A stretch of DNA of 64,000 bases from Candidatus Daviesbacteria bacterium. Its GTDB lineage: Bacteria > Patescibacteriota > Microgenomatia > Daviesbacterales > UBA10151. The notes under the pieces were generated by a model. It saw only the letters and a list, made by a program, of their open reading frames with translations, was not told the origin of the DNA and made no database searches. The stretch lies in the NCBI GenBank assembly GCA_016187035.1, contig JACPKL010000001.1, forward strand, positions 78,607-142,606, given 5' to 3'. Shown piece after piece: positions 33,639-43,387 of this stretch. A program made the position numbers and the translations under genes. Each line of letters starts with the position of its first letter. The first letter of the stretch is position 1.

Positions 33639-35819
33639 TTACTCTGGCTGTATATCATAGAATTCTGAAGCGCTGAGAGCTAAGTAAGGATTTATTTTAG
33701 TTTTATAAGTAAACCCCGCATCATGCAACATCCGTTTGATATCTTCAACCTGGGATCCCTGACATGCAACTTCTCTTAGTGTAATCCCTCTTATAAATCT
33801 TGCTAACAAGTCCATCCCGCTATCACTCTCAGGATCAACCCCCAAAGGAATAAGATAACCTCTGTTTCTCTCTGCTACAGTTTGAACAAAGGCAACAGCA
33901 GCTTGTGCCAAATTGCGGTTTTCTGCATCACCCGGGCTCTTTACTTCTAATCTTGCGACAAGCTCATCAGGTGTAGTGTTTAGACCAACCCATTCTGACG
34001 TTGCCACTTTTATAAACGCTTCTCTCCTTCTCTCTTCTTCTCTACGAGCTGCCTCCTTATCGTCTGATGTGGGTTGGGGTGCTGAAGCAGCAGGCTGCTT
34101 CTGAACATTCCTGATGAATACAAGATTGTTACCGGGAACTAAACTTGTTTCAAATGTATATCCAGCATTCCGTAGCATCTCTTGAAGATCTTTATCGCCT
34201 TGGGAACCAGCCACACATCCACTTCCTCTCCCCCATAAAATCGTATTTATAAAAGCTACCATCAGTTTTTGTTCATCACTGTTTTTAGAATCAATGTTCT
34301 GAAAAGAAGGGTCATACTTTATCATCTCAGTTCGCAAGAAATTAATAGCAGATTGTATATAATTTCGAGTTGTTTGATCATTTACCCAAGGCTTGGGAAG
34401 ACGCTCGAGTTGTTTCATAAGGGTATCAACAGTGGATGTCGGAGTAATTTGTATATACATTTCCACAAGTTCTCTGTAAGCGCCTTCGTTGGGCTGAACT
34501 TCAGGAACAGAAGGAACTTCAGCAGATGGAGGAGGTGAAGAAGCTTCTGCAGCTGAAGATACTGGCTGAGGTGTTACAACAGCAGGGCTGGCTGGAGAAC
34601 TGCTTTGTGAAGCAACAGGCTGCTCCTGACGGATATTATAGAACTCTGTTGCATCCGCTATTCCAGGCCTTGTTTTATACTGATAATTTAATGCTTGCAA
34701 TGTTGCTTGGATATCTGCAGCTTTGATCAAACCACTCGTAATTATTCCTGTTACAGTTCCTCGTATAACTTCTGCTATTAACGTTCTTGCAATACTGCTT
34801 CCCTGCTCAATGTCAGCAGGTACATGCCGGGCAATCCTGTTTGCTTCATTTCGAACAAAAGCAAGAGCAGCTTGGGCACGTTGTTGACTTTCTGGATTTC
34901 CTGACCATTTTCCATGTAATATCAGTTGATGTACAAGATAAGGAATCGTCGTTTCCGGACTAATCGATATACCCAATTTCATGTATTCTTCGCAAGCTTC
35001 TTTTCCTTGTTGCTGCGCTTCTAGTTCTCTGCGTCGCACAGTTAATCGCTGTATTTCAGCTTGATCTTCAACTTGCGTACCTGGTTGCAATGCTACTGTA
35101 GCTTCGTCTGCTGATACTACAGCATGTTCAATTCTGGCAGGCTCTAAAGCCTCTCCTTCACCTGTTGGGACCGTAGGTTCTGGCGTAGCTGCTGCTTGCG
35201 CCTCTGCAGGTGTTCTCTTAGCTTTCCATGTCCCAGGTTTCCACCAAACTCTTCTAGAAACATGTTCTGGTTGTGATTCTTCCGCTGTAGCTTCGTCTGC
35301 TGATACTACAGCATGTTCAACTCCGGCAGGTTTTGAAGTTTTAGGTTTAGCAGCTTCTTTAGAGCTACCACCACGCCTACCCAATAAGTAGGCCCCCCCT
35401 ATCGCAGCTGTTACTGCTGCTCCACCTTGAAGATAAGGATCTTGAAACCACTCTCTCCTGTTATTCCTAGACCCAGCAGAACCTGAAGAACCGGAAGAAA
35501 CCCTACCTGATTCTGTACCTCCTGACCCAGCTGATGTACCTACTGCAGGCCTAGGTGTAGCTGTTGGAGTAGGAGGATTTGCGGTCTGAAAAGCTTTTAT
35601 TTTCTCTTGTCTAACCCTTTCACTTTCTGCATCTATTTGCTCTTGAGTTCTGGTCGGAGCTGGTGGAGGAGTTTGAGCTGCTGCTGTTTCCAGTGTAACT
35701 ACACCAGCTACTGCTCCACCAACTACAGCAGCTGCTTTTGCTGTATGCTTTAGAAAATCTCTTCTACCCACTTTTCCTATTTCTGCAACTGGTACTTGTC
35801 GACCTTCTGAAGCTTCCAT
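33639..35819 (-). CDS. Tat-signal secreted protein with three ~125-aa internal repeats (orphan)
   Basis: It carries the twin-arginine motif 'GRRDFLKHTAKAAAVVGGAVAG...AAAQ' and Pro/Ala/Ser-rich linkers. Three homologous modules end ...NYQYKTRPG.., ...GYTFETSLVPG.. and ...GFTYKTKINP... GC content is visibly higher than in the flanks. Confidence 0.7.
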   Translation of the reverse strand: MEASEGRQVPVAEIGKVGRRDFLKHTAKAAAVVGGAVAGVVTLETAAAQTPPPAPTRTQEQIDAESERVRQEKIKAFQTANPPTPTATPRPAVGTSAGSGGTESGRVSSGSSGSAGSRNNRREWFQDPYLQGGAAVTAAIGGAYLLGRRGGSSKEAAKPKTSKPAGVEHAVVSADEATAEESQPEHVSRRVWWKPGTWKAKRTPAEAQAAATPEPTVPTGEGEALEPARIEHAVVSADEATVALQPGTQVEDQAEIQRLTVRRRELEAQQQGKEACEEYMKLGISISPETTIPYLVHQLILHGKWSGNPESQQRAQAALAFVRNEANRIARHVPADIEQGSSIARTLIAEVIRGTVTGIITSGLIKAADIQATLQALNYQYKTRPGIADATEFYNIRQEQPVASQSSSPASPAVVTPQPVSSAAEASSPPPSAEVPSVPEVQPNEGAYRELVEMYIQITPTSTVDTLMKQLERLPKPWVNDQTTRNYIQSAINFLRTEMIKYDPSFQNIDSKNSDEQKLMVAFINTILWGRGSGCVAGSQGDKDLQEMLRNAGYTFETSLVPGNNLVFIRNVQKQPAASAPQPTSDDKEAARREEERRREAFIKVATSEWVGLNTTPDELVARLEVKSPGDAENRNLAQAAVAFVQTVAERNRGYLIPLGVDPESDSGMDLLARFIRGITLREVACQGSQVEDIKRMLHDAGFTYKTKINPYLALSASEFYDIQPE

Positions 35820-35885
35820 AATGATAAATATCTCAGTTTTAATATTATAACATTTAGTGATAGAATATTTTTAATTGTCTCTCTC

Positions 35886-36542
35886 ATGAATAAATATTAT
35901 AAAAATAATAAAAAAATTCTGATTTTCCTTTTAATCAGTATTATATTTTTAAAAAGTGCTTCTCGTGTATCAGCTTTAACAGTTGGTAATCCGTGCAGCA
36001 TAGACAATGATCAGTGTGATAAATCAAGCAATTTATATTGTCAACCCAATCCTGTAGCTGGAGCCACCATAACGCATTACTGCCAGCAGGCCTTAACAAT
36101 AGGACAAGAATGTAATCCCCAACGCGATGTATGTGACAAAAAAGCTGGTTTATCCTGTGATCCTAATCCTGTGGCTGGAGCTACCATAAAAAATTATTGT
36201 CAGCAAAATGCTATTGGCAGTATTTTTGGCAAAATTAAGCCTCCTGATGCTTTAAAAGGATTGATAGCAAAAGATCCCACAGGAGCCGGGGGGATTAGCC
36301 TATTTTTATCTAATTTAATAGCTTTAATATATTCCATAGCATTTGTGGTGTTAATCTTTATGCTGATTTGGGGAGCTTTTGACTGGATGACTTCAGGAGG
36401 AGATAAAGAAAAACTAGCCAAAGCCCAACAGAGAATTATCAATGCTTTTATTGGCATTTTGCTTTTTGCTGTTGCTTTTGCCATTATCCAGGTCTTAGGG
36501 GTATTTACCGGCTTCAAGTTTTTTGAGGGTCAGAAACCATAG
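35886..36542 (+). CDS. tandem Cys-rich modules fused to a VirB2/TrbC-like pilin hairpin
   Basis: It has a signal peptide and two copies of 'C..D.CDK...L.C.PNPVAGATI..YCQQ'. The hairpin is 'FVVLIFMLIWGAFDWMTSGGDKEKLAKAQQRIINAFIGILLFAVAFAIIQVLG'. Confidence 0.7.
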   Translation: MNKYYKNNKKILIFLLISIIFLKSASRVSALTVGNPCSIDNDQCDKSSNLYCQPNPVAGATITHYCQQALTIGQECNPQRDVCDKKAGLSCDPNPVAGATIKNYCQQNAIGSIFGKIKPPDALKGLIAKDPTGAGGISLFLSNLIALIYSIAFVVLIFMLIWGAFDWMTSGGDKEKLAKAQQRIINAFIGILLFAVAFAIIQVLGVFTGFKFFEGQKP

Positions 36543-36598
36543 AATTGGGGTATTGTAGGACTTGACAAGCGTCTTGTTTTATGAAACTATAATTATAG

Positions 36599-36997
36599 AT
36601 GAAAAAAATAGCTTTTCTTACTTCTTCAATTATATCCTTGCTAACACCAGTTACTGCTTTTGCTCAAAGCCCTGCTATTAAAGTCTCTGCTCCTCCAGGA
36701 AGAGGATTTCCTTCAATAACTAATTTTATCACTAACTTCTTATTTTTAGCTTTTGGGATAGCACTATTAGTAGTGCTGGTAATGTTGATCCAGGGAGCGT
36801 TTGAGTGGATTACCTCTGGCGGAGATAAAGAGGCTGTGGCTAAAGCCAGAAACAGAATTATTAATGCTTTAATTGGTTTGGCTGTTTTGGCAGTAGCTTT
36901 TGCCTTAACCAGGGTAGCAGGCCAATTCTTAGGATTTAATATTACTGATATAGCCGTTCCCTCTCCACTTCAAACTGTACCCGCAGGTGAACTATAA
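36599..36997 (+). CDS. VirB2/TrbC-like T4SS pilin
   Basis: Signal peptide MKKIAFLTSSIISLLTPVTAFA. Hairpin 'LLVVLVMLIQGAFEWITSGGDKEAVAKARNRIINALIGLAVLAVAFALTRV'. Confidence 0.7.
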   Translation: MKKIAFLTSSIISLLTPVTAFAQSPAIKVSAPPGRGFPSITNFITNFLFLAFGIALLVVLVMLIQGAFEWITSGGDKEAVAKARNRIINALIGLAVLAVAFALTRVAGQFLGFNITDIAVPSPLQTVPAGEL

Positions 36998-37096
36998 TTA
37001 TTAAGTTTAAGGATCGAATGCTTACATCTTTATTATCTGTTTATTATATTTAACAAGTTGCAATTTTTGATTAAACGCTATACGATACTTGTTAAT

Positions 37097-38905
37097 ATGC
37101 ATGCCCCAAGAATCAAGGTTTTAATAATCACTATTTTTTCCATAATTCTTGCTTCATTATTCATAATTCAACCTGTTTATGCGCAAAACTCTGCTTCTCC
37201 TTCCTCCACCTCGAAGGAGTCAAAGCCCACCTTCGAGGTGTCTCAAACGCTACCAAGTACTATCCTTCCTACTTCTCCCATTTATACAGACCTTTTAGTC
37301 CATAATATATTCCATACTTTTTCCTGCTTAGCTGTAGGGCAGTCTGTCATTAGCCAGCCCTGTTTAAATTATGTAAAAGGGGTGCCGGTTTTATCCTCGG
37401 TTAATTTGTCAGGAGGAGCTTTAGGAACAGTTGCAGGAGTAATTGGGGCTTTATACCAAAATCCACCTGTGAGGACTTATGAATCCTTGGCTTCACTGGG
37501 GCAGACTTTGGGAATAGTTAAAGAGGCTAAAGCCCAGGTAGTAGGATCTGGAGCAGGAGTGCTTCAGCCTATTCAAACCCTTTGGCAGGTATCCAGGAAT
37601 ATTTCTTATGTGATCATGATTGTGATTTTTGTAATCATAGGTTTAATGGTAATATTTCGGCAAAGAATTAACCCCCAGACAGTTATTACTGCCCAGGCAG
37701 CCATCCCAGGATTAGTAATAGGCTTAATTTTAATTACCTTTAGCTACTTTTTAGCAGGACTGGTTTCTGATACGGCCTTTGTTGGAACAAATTTAGTTGG
37801 AGCCTACTTTTCTGCAGTCAGAGGAGAAGCAAGTAACCCTCAAAATTTGGTTCAAACTATAAGCAATCAAAATGTTCTGGATATTTTTGGACCATTTACC
37901 AAAATTGTAGGTTTAAGAGAATTAAATGGCGCTATAAATTCTATCTGGCCTAGTCTGGCAGTTTCTGGCAGCAGCTTTTTGCCCTGGGCTTTTGGCCCGC
38001 AACAAGTTCTACAAAGCCTTTCAGGAATCCTAATTTCCCAAGTCATCCTCCCTTTTGGCAGTATGTTCGGAGGTGCAGGACAAATAGTTGCGGGTATAAT
38101 TACACTTACAGGCGCCCTGGCAGTTCCTACAACCATGATTACTGTAGCTCTATCTTTTGTAGCCATGGTGATTTTAATCTATGCAATGTTCAGATTACTT
38201 TTGCGTTTGATTAACAACTATATAACTATTATTTATTTAACTGTAACAGCCCCATTCCAATTTTTATTTGCAGCTTTACCAGGCAGACAAGGAATTGCTA
38301 CTGGCTGGATATTAAATTTCTTAGGTAATATTTTAGCATTTCCAGCAGTCTTGGCTGTATTTTATTTTGTGGCTTTTATTTTAGGACCGGACGTTGTAAA
38401 CCAGCACTGCACAGATCCATGCCCGTTTAAAGTCTCCTACATTAACAATTCCCAAAATAGAGCAACTTCTGTATACGCCCAAGAACCTACTAGCAGAATC
38501 AGTGTCACAGACACATCAACTTTTCCTTTGTTAGGAGGTTTTGATTTAGGGTTTGTGAATTTACTTTTAGCTTTTGGGGCGCTGGTAGCCTTACCTGCTA
38601 TTCCTGATGCTATCCAAAGAACTGTTGGTAAGGTTTCCCAGGCAGGGCAATTGATAGGCCAGGAGATTGGGGCAGGAACCGGCGCTGGACAAAGATACGC
38701 AGGCCAATTCCAGCAAGGAGTTACAGGTTTTGCCGGACAAGTAGGAAGAGTGTCAGATACCATAGGTTTAGCTCCTGTAGATGTAACTGACCCGACAACT
38801 GGCAAAGTGCAAACTGAATGGAGATATAATCCATTAGTATCTCAGGCTGGAACAGGACGTAAAATTAGACTATGGTTTGGCAAAAGATTTGGCAAGAATC
38901 CTTGA
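37097..38905 (+). CDS. VirB6/TrbL-like polytopic membrane protein
   Basis: The signal peptide ends IQPVYAQ, followed by at least 7 predicted TM segments and a Gly/Gln-rich C-terminal tail. It lies directly after the pilin genes. The start was set at the ATG at 37097 (the track uses the TTG at 37058). Confidence 0.55.
   Translation: MHAPRIKVLIITIFSIILASLFIIQPVYAQNSASPSSTSKESKPTFEVSQTLPSTILPTSPIYTDLLVHNIFHTFSCLAVGQSVISQPCLNYVKGVPVLSSVNLSGGALGTVAGVIGALYQNPPVRTYESLASLGQTLGIVKEAKAQVVGSGAGVLQPIQTLWQVSRNISYVIMIVIFVIIGLMVIFRQRINPQTVITAQAAIPGLVIGLILITFSYFLAGLVSDTAFVGTNLVGAYFSAVRGEASNPQNLVQTISNQNVLDIFGPFTKIVGLRELNGAINSIWPSLAVSGSSFLPWAFGPQQVLQSLSGILISQVILPFGSMFGGAGQIVAGIITLTGALAVPTTMITVALSFVAMVILIYAMFRLLLRLINNYITIIYLTVTAPFQFLFAALPGRQGIATGWILNFLGNILAFPAVLAVFYFVAFILGPDVVNQHCTDPCPFKVSYINNSQNRATSVYAQEPTSRISVTDTSTFPLLGGFDLGFVNLLLAFGALVALPAIPDAIQRTVGKVSQAGQLIGQEIGAGTGAGQRYAGQFQQGVTGFAGQVGRVSDTIGLAPVDVTDPTTGKVQTEWRYNPLVSQAGTGRKIRLWFGKRFGKNP
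37207..37240. repeat. second copy of the 11-bp-stem hairpin (inside the VirB6-like ORF)
   Basis: cacctcgaagg-agtcaaagccca-ccttcgaggtg has the same loop and 5' flank (ttcctcc) as 22957-22996. Two stem positions carry compensatory changes. Confidence 0.6.
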
Positions 38906-38909
38906 TTAG

Positions 38910-41900
38910 TTAACGGCCCATTTTTTCAAATAGCCATTGCCTTCTTGTCTTCTTTCCTGCAGGATCTAATAAAGTAGGCTTTTCAAGCAACTTATACCAC
39001 CACTGCGTATCTTCATATGCATCTCCTCCTTTTTCAGGATCAACAAGCCAGTCTATAAAACTATCAAAGAATAGTTTTTGGCTATGTCTGGAACTGCCAG
39101 TATTCATCTCTGACCAAACTAAACCTTCATTAAAGCTGCCATCATCTTTAAAGATCTCTTTTCCCTCAGTTAATAAAGCGCCCTGGGCATTCCTGACAGT
39201 TGATTCTTTAACCCTGATCAGTTTCAACACCCTGTCTAACCTGCCAAAAGACTCAAGCATAGCATGCAGTAGCTCCACTTCGACATCCTTGCTTTTTCCA
39301 GCCATTATTTCACTCATTTTTTTCTGTAATTCATTTAACTTTTCATTATTATTGGTTGGCTTTTCATATAAACCTTCTACATCTATTCCTTTTTCAGAAT
39401 CTTCATAACCATATAATGCCCCAAACAACATCCAGCCATAACGCATTTCATTAATAAATTTAGTATTGGCAAACTGCCCAGCTATTCTTTGACCTACAAT
39501 ATCGCCAACCGCATCCCCGTACATTTCAATAAGTCCTAATACCCCTTTTGCCCCTAATTTATCCGGATGAGAAGATTGATGCATTGGTGAACGAGCAAGC
39601 TCAGCAGCATACCTTCTGGCAAATCTTTTATGATGAGCGCCAGTATATTCTATATTGCCGACAATAAACCTTAACACTCCTCCAAAATCTTCACGATTAT
39701 ACCCAACACCCATTTCATCTCTGGTTAAATCCTGGGGAAGAGTTGATTCAAACAATTCTCTGACTATTTGCCAATGTCCATAATTTGACTCTTCAACCGC
39801 AGCATCAAATATCATAATTTCCCTGTTCTGTTGGAAAGCAGGCAGTCTGGCTGTTCGCCTCAGGGTTGGATCAATAACCAAAAGTTGAGTTGCTGACAAA
39901 TGCTCATCTTCTGGCCGAGATACTCCTGCCCTGATACGTTTGGCTGCAGCGATAGTATCTTCGTCTGTAAGCCTATGCCTGTCTTCCTGCTGGTAAGACA
40001 AATAGGTATTAGATGACCAAAGCGAAAAAACGCTTTTGGATGCAGCTTGTATATCTACTACTTCTTTTCTAATGCCATCAGCGCCAAGCACATTTCCGTC
40101 GGCATCAAACTTAATAGCAACAAAAGCAAGTTTTGCTTCAAAACCCTTTGCAAGCACCTCCTGGATGGCTGCTTCCCGCGCCTGATCTACTGCTGCTTTT
40201 CTTTCTTTTGCAGACTTATTAGCATGTAAAATCTTAGTACGGGTGACAGCATATTGGATAAACTGAATAGCCAAATCAGTAGGTAAACTATCAACAACAT
40301 CAACTCTTTGTTCAGGAGGAATTGTTTGATAAAACTCCTGGTCATCTGGATTTAAATGCGCTACTCTTTCACCTTCTGGTAGATGAGTCAGGCTTCTTAA
40401 TTTATACAAAACCCGTCCGATTCTTTGTTCTGTTGTTAGTCGGCCATCTGACACATTTTTTAAATCTTTAAGATGTAGTTTATAGTCTCGAATAAAGGAA
40501 TTTCTATCTACAAATAACACACCCCCGCCTCTTCTGACTTTTTCTCCTGTTACCCCAACCATTTGAAAAGCAACGTCAAAGTTGGCTTCAGCTTGAGCGC
40601 GGGCAGCCTGATATACTGCTTGTTCTTTTGGCGTTAAGTCTTCTAATTTCTTACCATTTTTCAGCTGATACTGAACACTACCTAACTCTATAGATTTTTG
40701 TAAGCTGCTAGGCAGCTGGCTGAGTTTTATTCTCCCAGATTCCAAATCCTTCTCAAATTCCAAAAAGTTTTGAATATGGCCACCATCTTTTTCAAATCCT
40801 TGGTATAAATTTTTAAACTCCTGTTCGGATTGATGAACTCCTATATGCTCCAAGTTATTCTTAAAGGCATTGTGGATTTTCTGATCATCTTCGCTTAATT
40901 CATTTAATTTTTTACCACTTTTAAGTTCTCTCTCAATTCTGCCTAATGCCAATGCCCTAACTTTTCTTGCTTCAACTGATACTGGTTGATCTGAGTTAAG
41001 AGTTTCATCATGCGGATCATAATACTTAAGCGCAACACCCATACCTTCTTCAATTAATATTTTCTTAATTTCGCCTTGGAGAGGATTTTGTGTATCTGTA
41101 TCATCGCCAATTTGCCCCCTGGAACCACCTGAATTATAGAAAAGGGTAAACCTGGGATCATTATCAAATCTCCACAAAAAGGCGCCAACCTGCCCGTCTC
41201 CTGATCTGGCTAATCTAACCCATCTTTGAGGCCCTTCATGCAAAGCCATCGCCATCATGAACCTGTGATAAAGATCCATATTATAGGCTTCAGCCGAATA
41301 ATCAGCGCCCCAAACATATGACAAACCTTCGAACTCTTGTCTTAATTCTTCTGCAAATTCCCTTGTGACAAGACCTGTCTTTATCTGATCAGATGCTACC
41401 CGCCCAAGAACTTTGGCAAAATTTTCCAGATGAACAAAAAGTTTTTCAGGAGCTAACCCTAAACCCTTATTTTTTATCATCTGCAGGAAGGTATCCTTAG
41501 CCTTGACAAACTGCTCAGGAGTTTTGGCTAATACCTCATAATATTCAGGGTAATGAGCGCTGGCCCGCCAAAAAGTTTCTGTTGATTCCTCATCTCTGAG
41601 TTGTTGAAAATCAAGACGATACTCTCCCTCAATATAAGGAGGCTGTTCCTGACCAGTTAACAACCTTTCAAATCTAGCTAAAGCCCGATCAATATAAGGA
41701 AGCCATACTTCAGCCAATACAACAACCTCAGGATCGCTTGCCAAGTCTAGAAAAGTAGCTTCCGCAGCCATGATGGCTTCTGGTTTATCACCTGGATTAC
41801 TAGGTATAAGACTTCTCCTTAACATTGTCCGGACTTGATCGCGGGGAATCCTACCATCAGCATAACCTTGATAAATTTGGTTTAAAACATCATCTGCTCC

Positions 41901-42821
41901 GCGTAAAAGCCCTTTGTTTTTGGCAGCTCTGAAATATTTTAATAACCCTTTCTCTATATCTACCCTCTCAGCAGCAGGAGTCCTTAAGTTTCTGCTTCTT
42001 TCAATTAAGGCAACCAATCCACCCTTTTGCTCTAGATCAGATAAATCTTCATTAAACGGGCCTTCTTGAGTAGCTTGAGGTGGTTGTCCTTGCTTTCCCT
42101 CTGTTAAATATGCATGAACTGCCTCTTCAACACTTTGATACTTTGACTTTACTTTATATTTTTCCCTAGGATCATAGCATTTAGCTCCTGGCCGTGTTTT
42201 TTTAAAATCCCTGACATACTTTTGAAGATCCTTATAGAGCTGATCTAAATAGGTACCATTTTTTTCGTTATATATATCTGGATTAGTAGCAGATAAAAGT
42301 CCTACTTTTACATTGTATCTATCGGTATAAGATAAGGTCGTTTCTAATCTAATAATCTCTCCGACAACCATTCTGCATTTTTCTGGACTTGTCTCCCATT
42401 CTAGATTACCTGGACCTTCTGGCCCTCTATCCCCCCCCCCCTCCTCCCCCCCCGTATTACCCCCTCCGCCAATAAGCCTATAAATGGGTTGACTAGATGC
42501 ATCTTCTCCGTAATAACCATACTTTATACCATTATCTTCAAAAATACTTATTGGTTGCCGGGGAGGTTTTGGTCCTGAACCAGCAGGAAAATTGATATTT
42601 ACAGAAGATGGAACTGCTTGTTCTGATGCAGATGAGGTAGAAAACATACCGGAACTACCTATACTTATACCCGAAGCCTGATCAGGCTGAGTACCTGACA
42701 ATCCAATATTCCCCTGTTTGGATTGAGCGCCTACTTGCTCAGCACGAGGTGCAGTAGCTACGGTAGCTGCTGATCCTCCTACACCTGGTATGTTTTCTGC
42801 CATATGTTCTGGTCCTGCCAT
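38910..42821 (-). CDS. 1303-aa orphan protein with a Gly-rich N-terminal region
   Basis: Long uninterrupted ORF with no signal peptide or TM seen and no recognised motif. The N-terminal 140 aa are disordered and Gly/Ser-rich. Confidence 0.75.
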   Translation of the reverse strand: MAGPEHMAENIPGVGGSAATVATAPRAEQVGAQSKQGNIGLSGTQPDQASGISIGSSGMFSTSSASEQAVPSSVNINFPAGSGPKPPRQPISIFEDNGIKYGYYGEDASSQPIYRLIGGGGNTGGEEGGGDRGPEGPGNLEWETSPEKCRMVVGEIIRLETTLSYTDRYNVKVGLLSATNPDIYNEKNGTYLDQLYKDLQKYVRDFKKTRPGAKCYDPREKYKVKSKYQSVEEAVHAYLTEGKQGQPPQATQEGPFNEDLSDLEQKGGLVALIERSRNLRTPAAERVDIEKGLLKYFRAAKNKGLLRGADDVLNQIYQGYADGRIPRDQVRTMLRRSLIPSNPGDKPEAIMAAEATFLDLASDPEVVVLAEVWLPYIDRALARFERLLTGQEQPPYIEGEYRLDFQQLRDEESTETFWRASAHYPEYYEVLAKTPEQFVKAKDTFLQMIKNKGLGLAPEKLFVHLENFAKVLGRVASDQIKTGLVTREFAEELRQEFEGLSYVWGADYSAEAYNMDLYHRFMMAMALHEGPQRWVRLARSGDGQVGAFLWRFDNDPRFTLFYNSGGSRGQIGDDTDTQNPLQGEIKKILIEEGMGVALKYYDPHDETLNSDQPVSVEARKVRALALGRIERELKSGKKLNELSEDDQKIHNAFKNNLEHIGVHQSEQEFKNLYQGFEKDGGHIQNFLEFEKDLESGRIKLSQLPSSLQKSIELGSVQYQLKNGKKLEDLTPKEQAVYQAARAQAEANFDVAFQMVGVTGEKVRRGGGVLFVDRNSFIRDYKLHLKDLKNVSDGRLTTEQRIGRVLYKLRSLTHLPEGERVAHLNPDDQEFYQTIPPEQRVDVVDSLPTDLAIQFIQYAVTRTKILHANKSAKERKAAVDQAREAAIQEVLAKGFEAKLAFVAIKFDADGNVLGADGIRKEVVDIQAASKSVFSLWSSNTYLSYQQEDRHRLTDEDTIAAAKRIRAGVSRPEDEHLSATQLLVIDPTLRRTARLPAFQQNREIMIFDAAVEESNYGHWQIVRELFESTLPQDLTRDEMGVGYNREDFGGVLRFIVGNIEYTGAHHKRFARRYAAELARSPMHQSSHPDKLGAKGVLGLIEMYGDAVGDIVGQRIAGQFANTKFINEMRYGWMLFGALYGYEDSEKGIDVEGLYEKPTNNNEKLNELQKKMSEIMAGKSKDVEVELLHAMLESFGRLDRVLKLIRVKESTVRNAQGALLTEGKEIFKDDGSFNEGLVWSEMNTGSSRHSQKLFFDSFIDWLVDPEKGGDAYEDTQWWYKLLEKPTLLDPAGKKTRRQWLFEKMGR
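42431..42453 (-). repeat. homopolymeric G11 and G8 tracts on the coding strand
   Basis: The plus strand has an 11-nt C run at 42431-42441 and an 8-nt C run at 42446-42453. They encode GGNTGGEEGGGD. Confidence 0.9.
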
Positions 42822-42973
42822 AATTTCCTTTCTAGTTCTATGACATTAGATTAAGCATAGAACAAGTTAACTCAAAACTCAAATGTCAAAACTCAAAACT
42901 ACAACTTAAATCTTAAAACTAAAAATTATAATTTGCTTGAGATAAAACTGATAAAATCCTGATGAATTTAAGG

Positions 42974-43387
42974 CTAGAGAATTTTCATTCCCCGTAGAAT
43001 AACTAAAAATGCTTCTGGTTTAACAATCCTAGTATCCTCCCATTTTGCTCCAGGCAGTTCTAGTAGATCTTTATCCCTGGTAATAAGATAGTCTGCTTTT
43101 GAACTTTCTACCAACTCTAGAAGAAAATTATCTTCAGGGTCACGGCATGCAGTGATCCTTATATTTGGACTTACCATTATACCTTTTCCCAAAATCGCCA
43201 TTACCTTGATACTTATTGCCTCATCCACCTGAAAATCATCTAGTTTTTTATCAACCTCTTCCACTAAGCTTGAAGAGATAAAAAGTTGTAATTTATTAGC
43301 AATAACAAGATCAACAACTTGTTCTATCATCCCACCGAATAATGAGGCTGAGAGGATAGCGTTTGTATCAAGCACAATCTTAATCAT
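42974..43387 (-). CDS. PIN-domain toxin
   Basis: 'IVLDTNAILSA' and 'ADYLITRDKD' fit the TIGR00305-type PIN pattern. Confidence 0.8.
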   Translation of the reverse strand: MIKIVLDTNAILSASLFGGMIEQVVDLVIANKLQLFISSSLVEEVDKKLDDFQVDEAISIKVMAILGKGIMVSPNIRITACRDPEDNFLLELVESSKADYLITRDKDLLELPGAKWEDTRIVKPEAFLVILRGMKIL

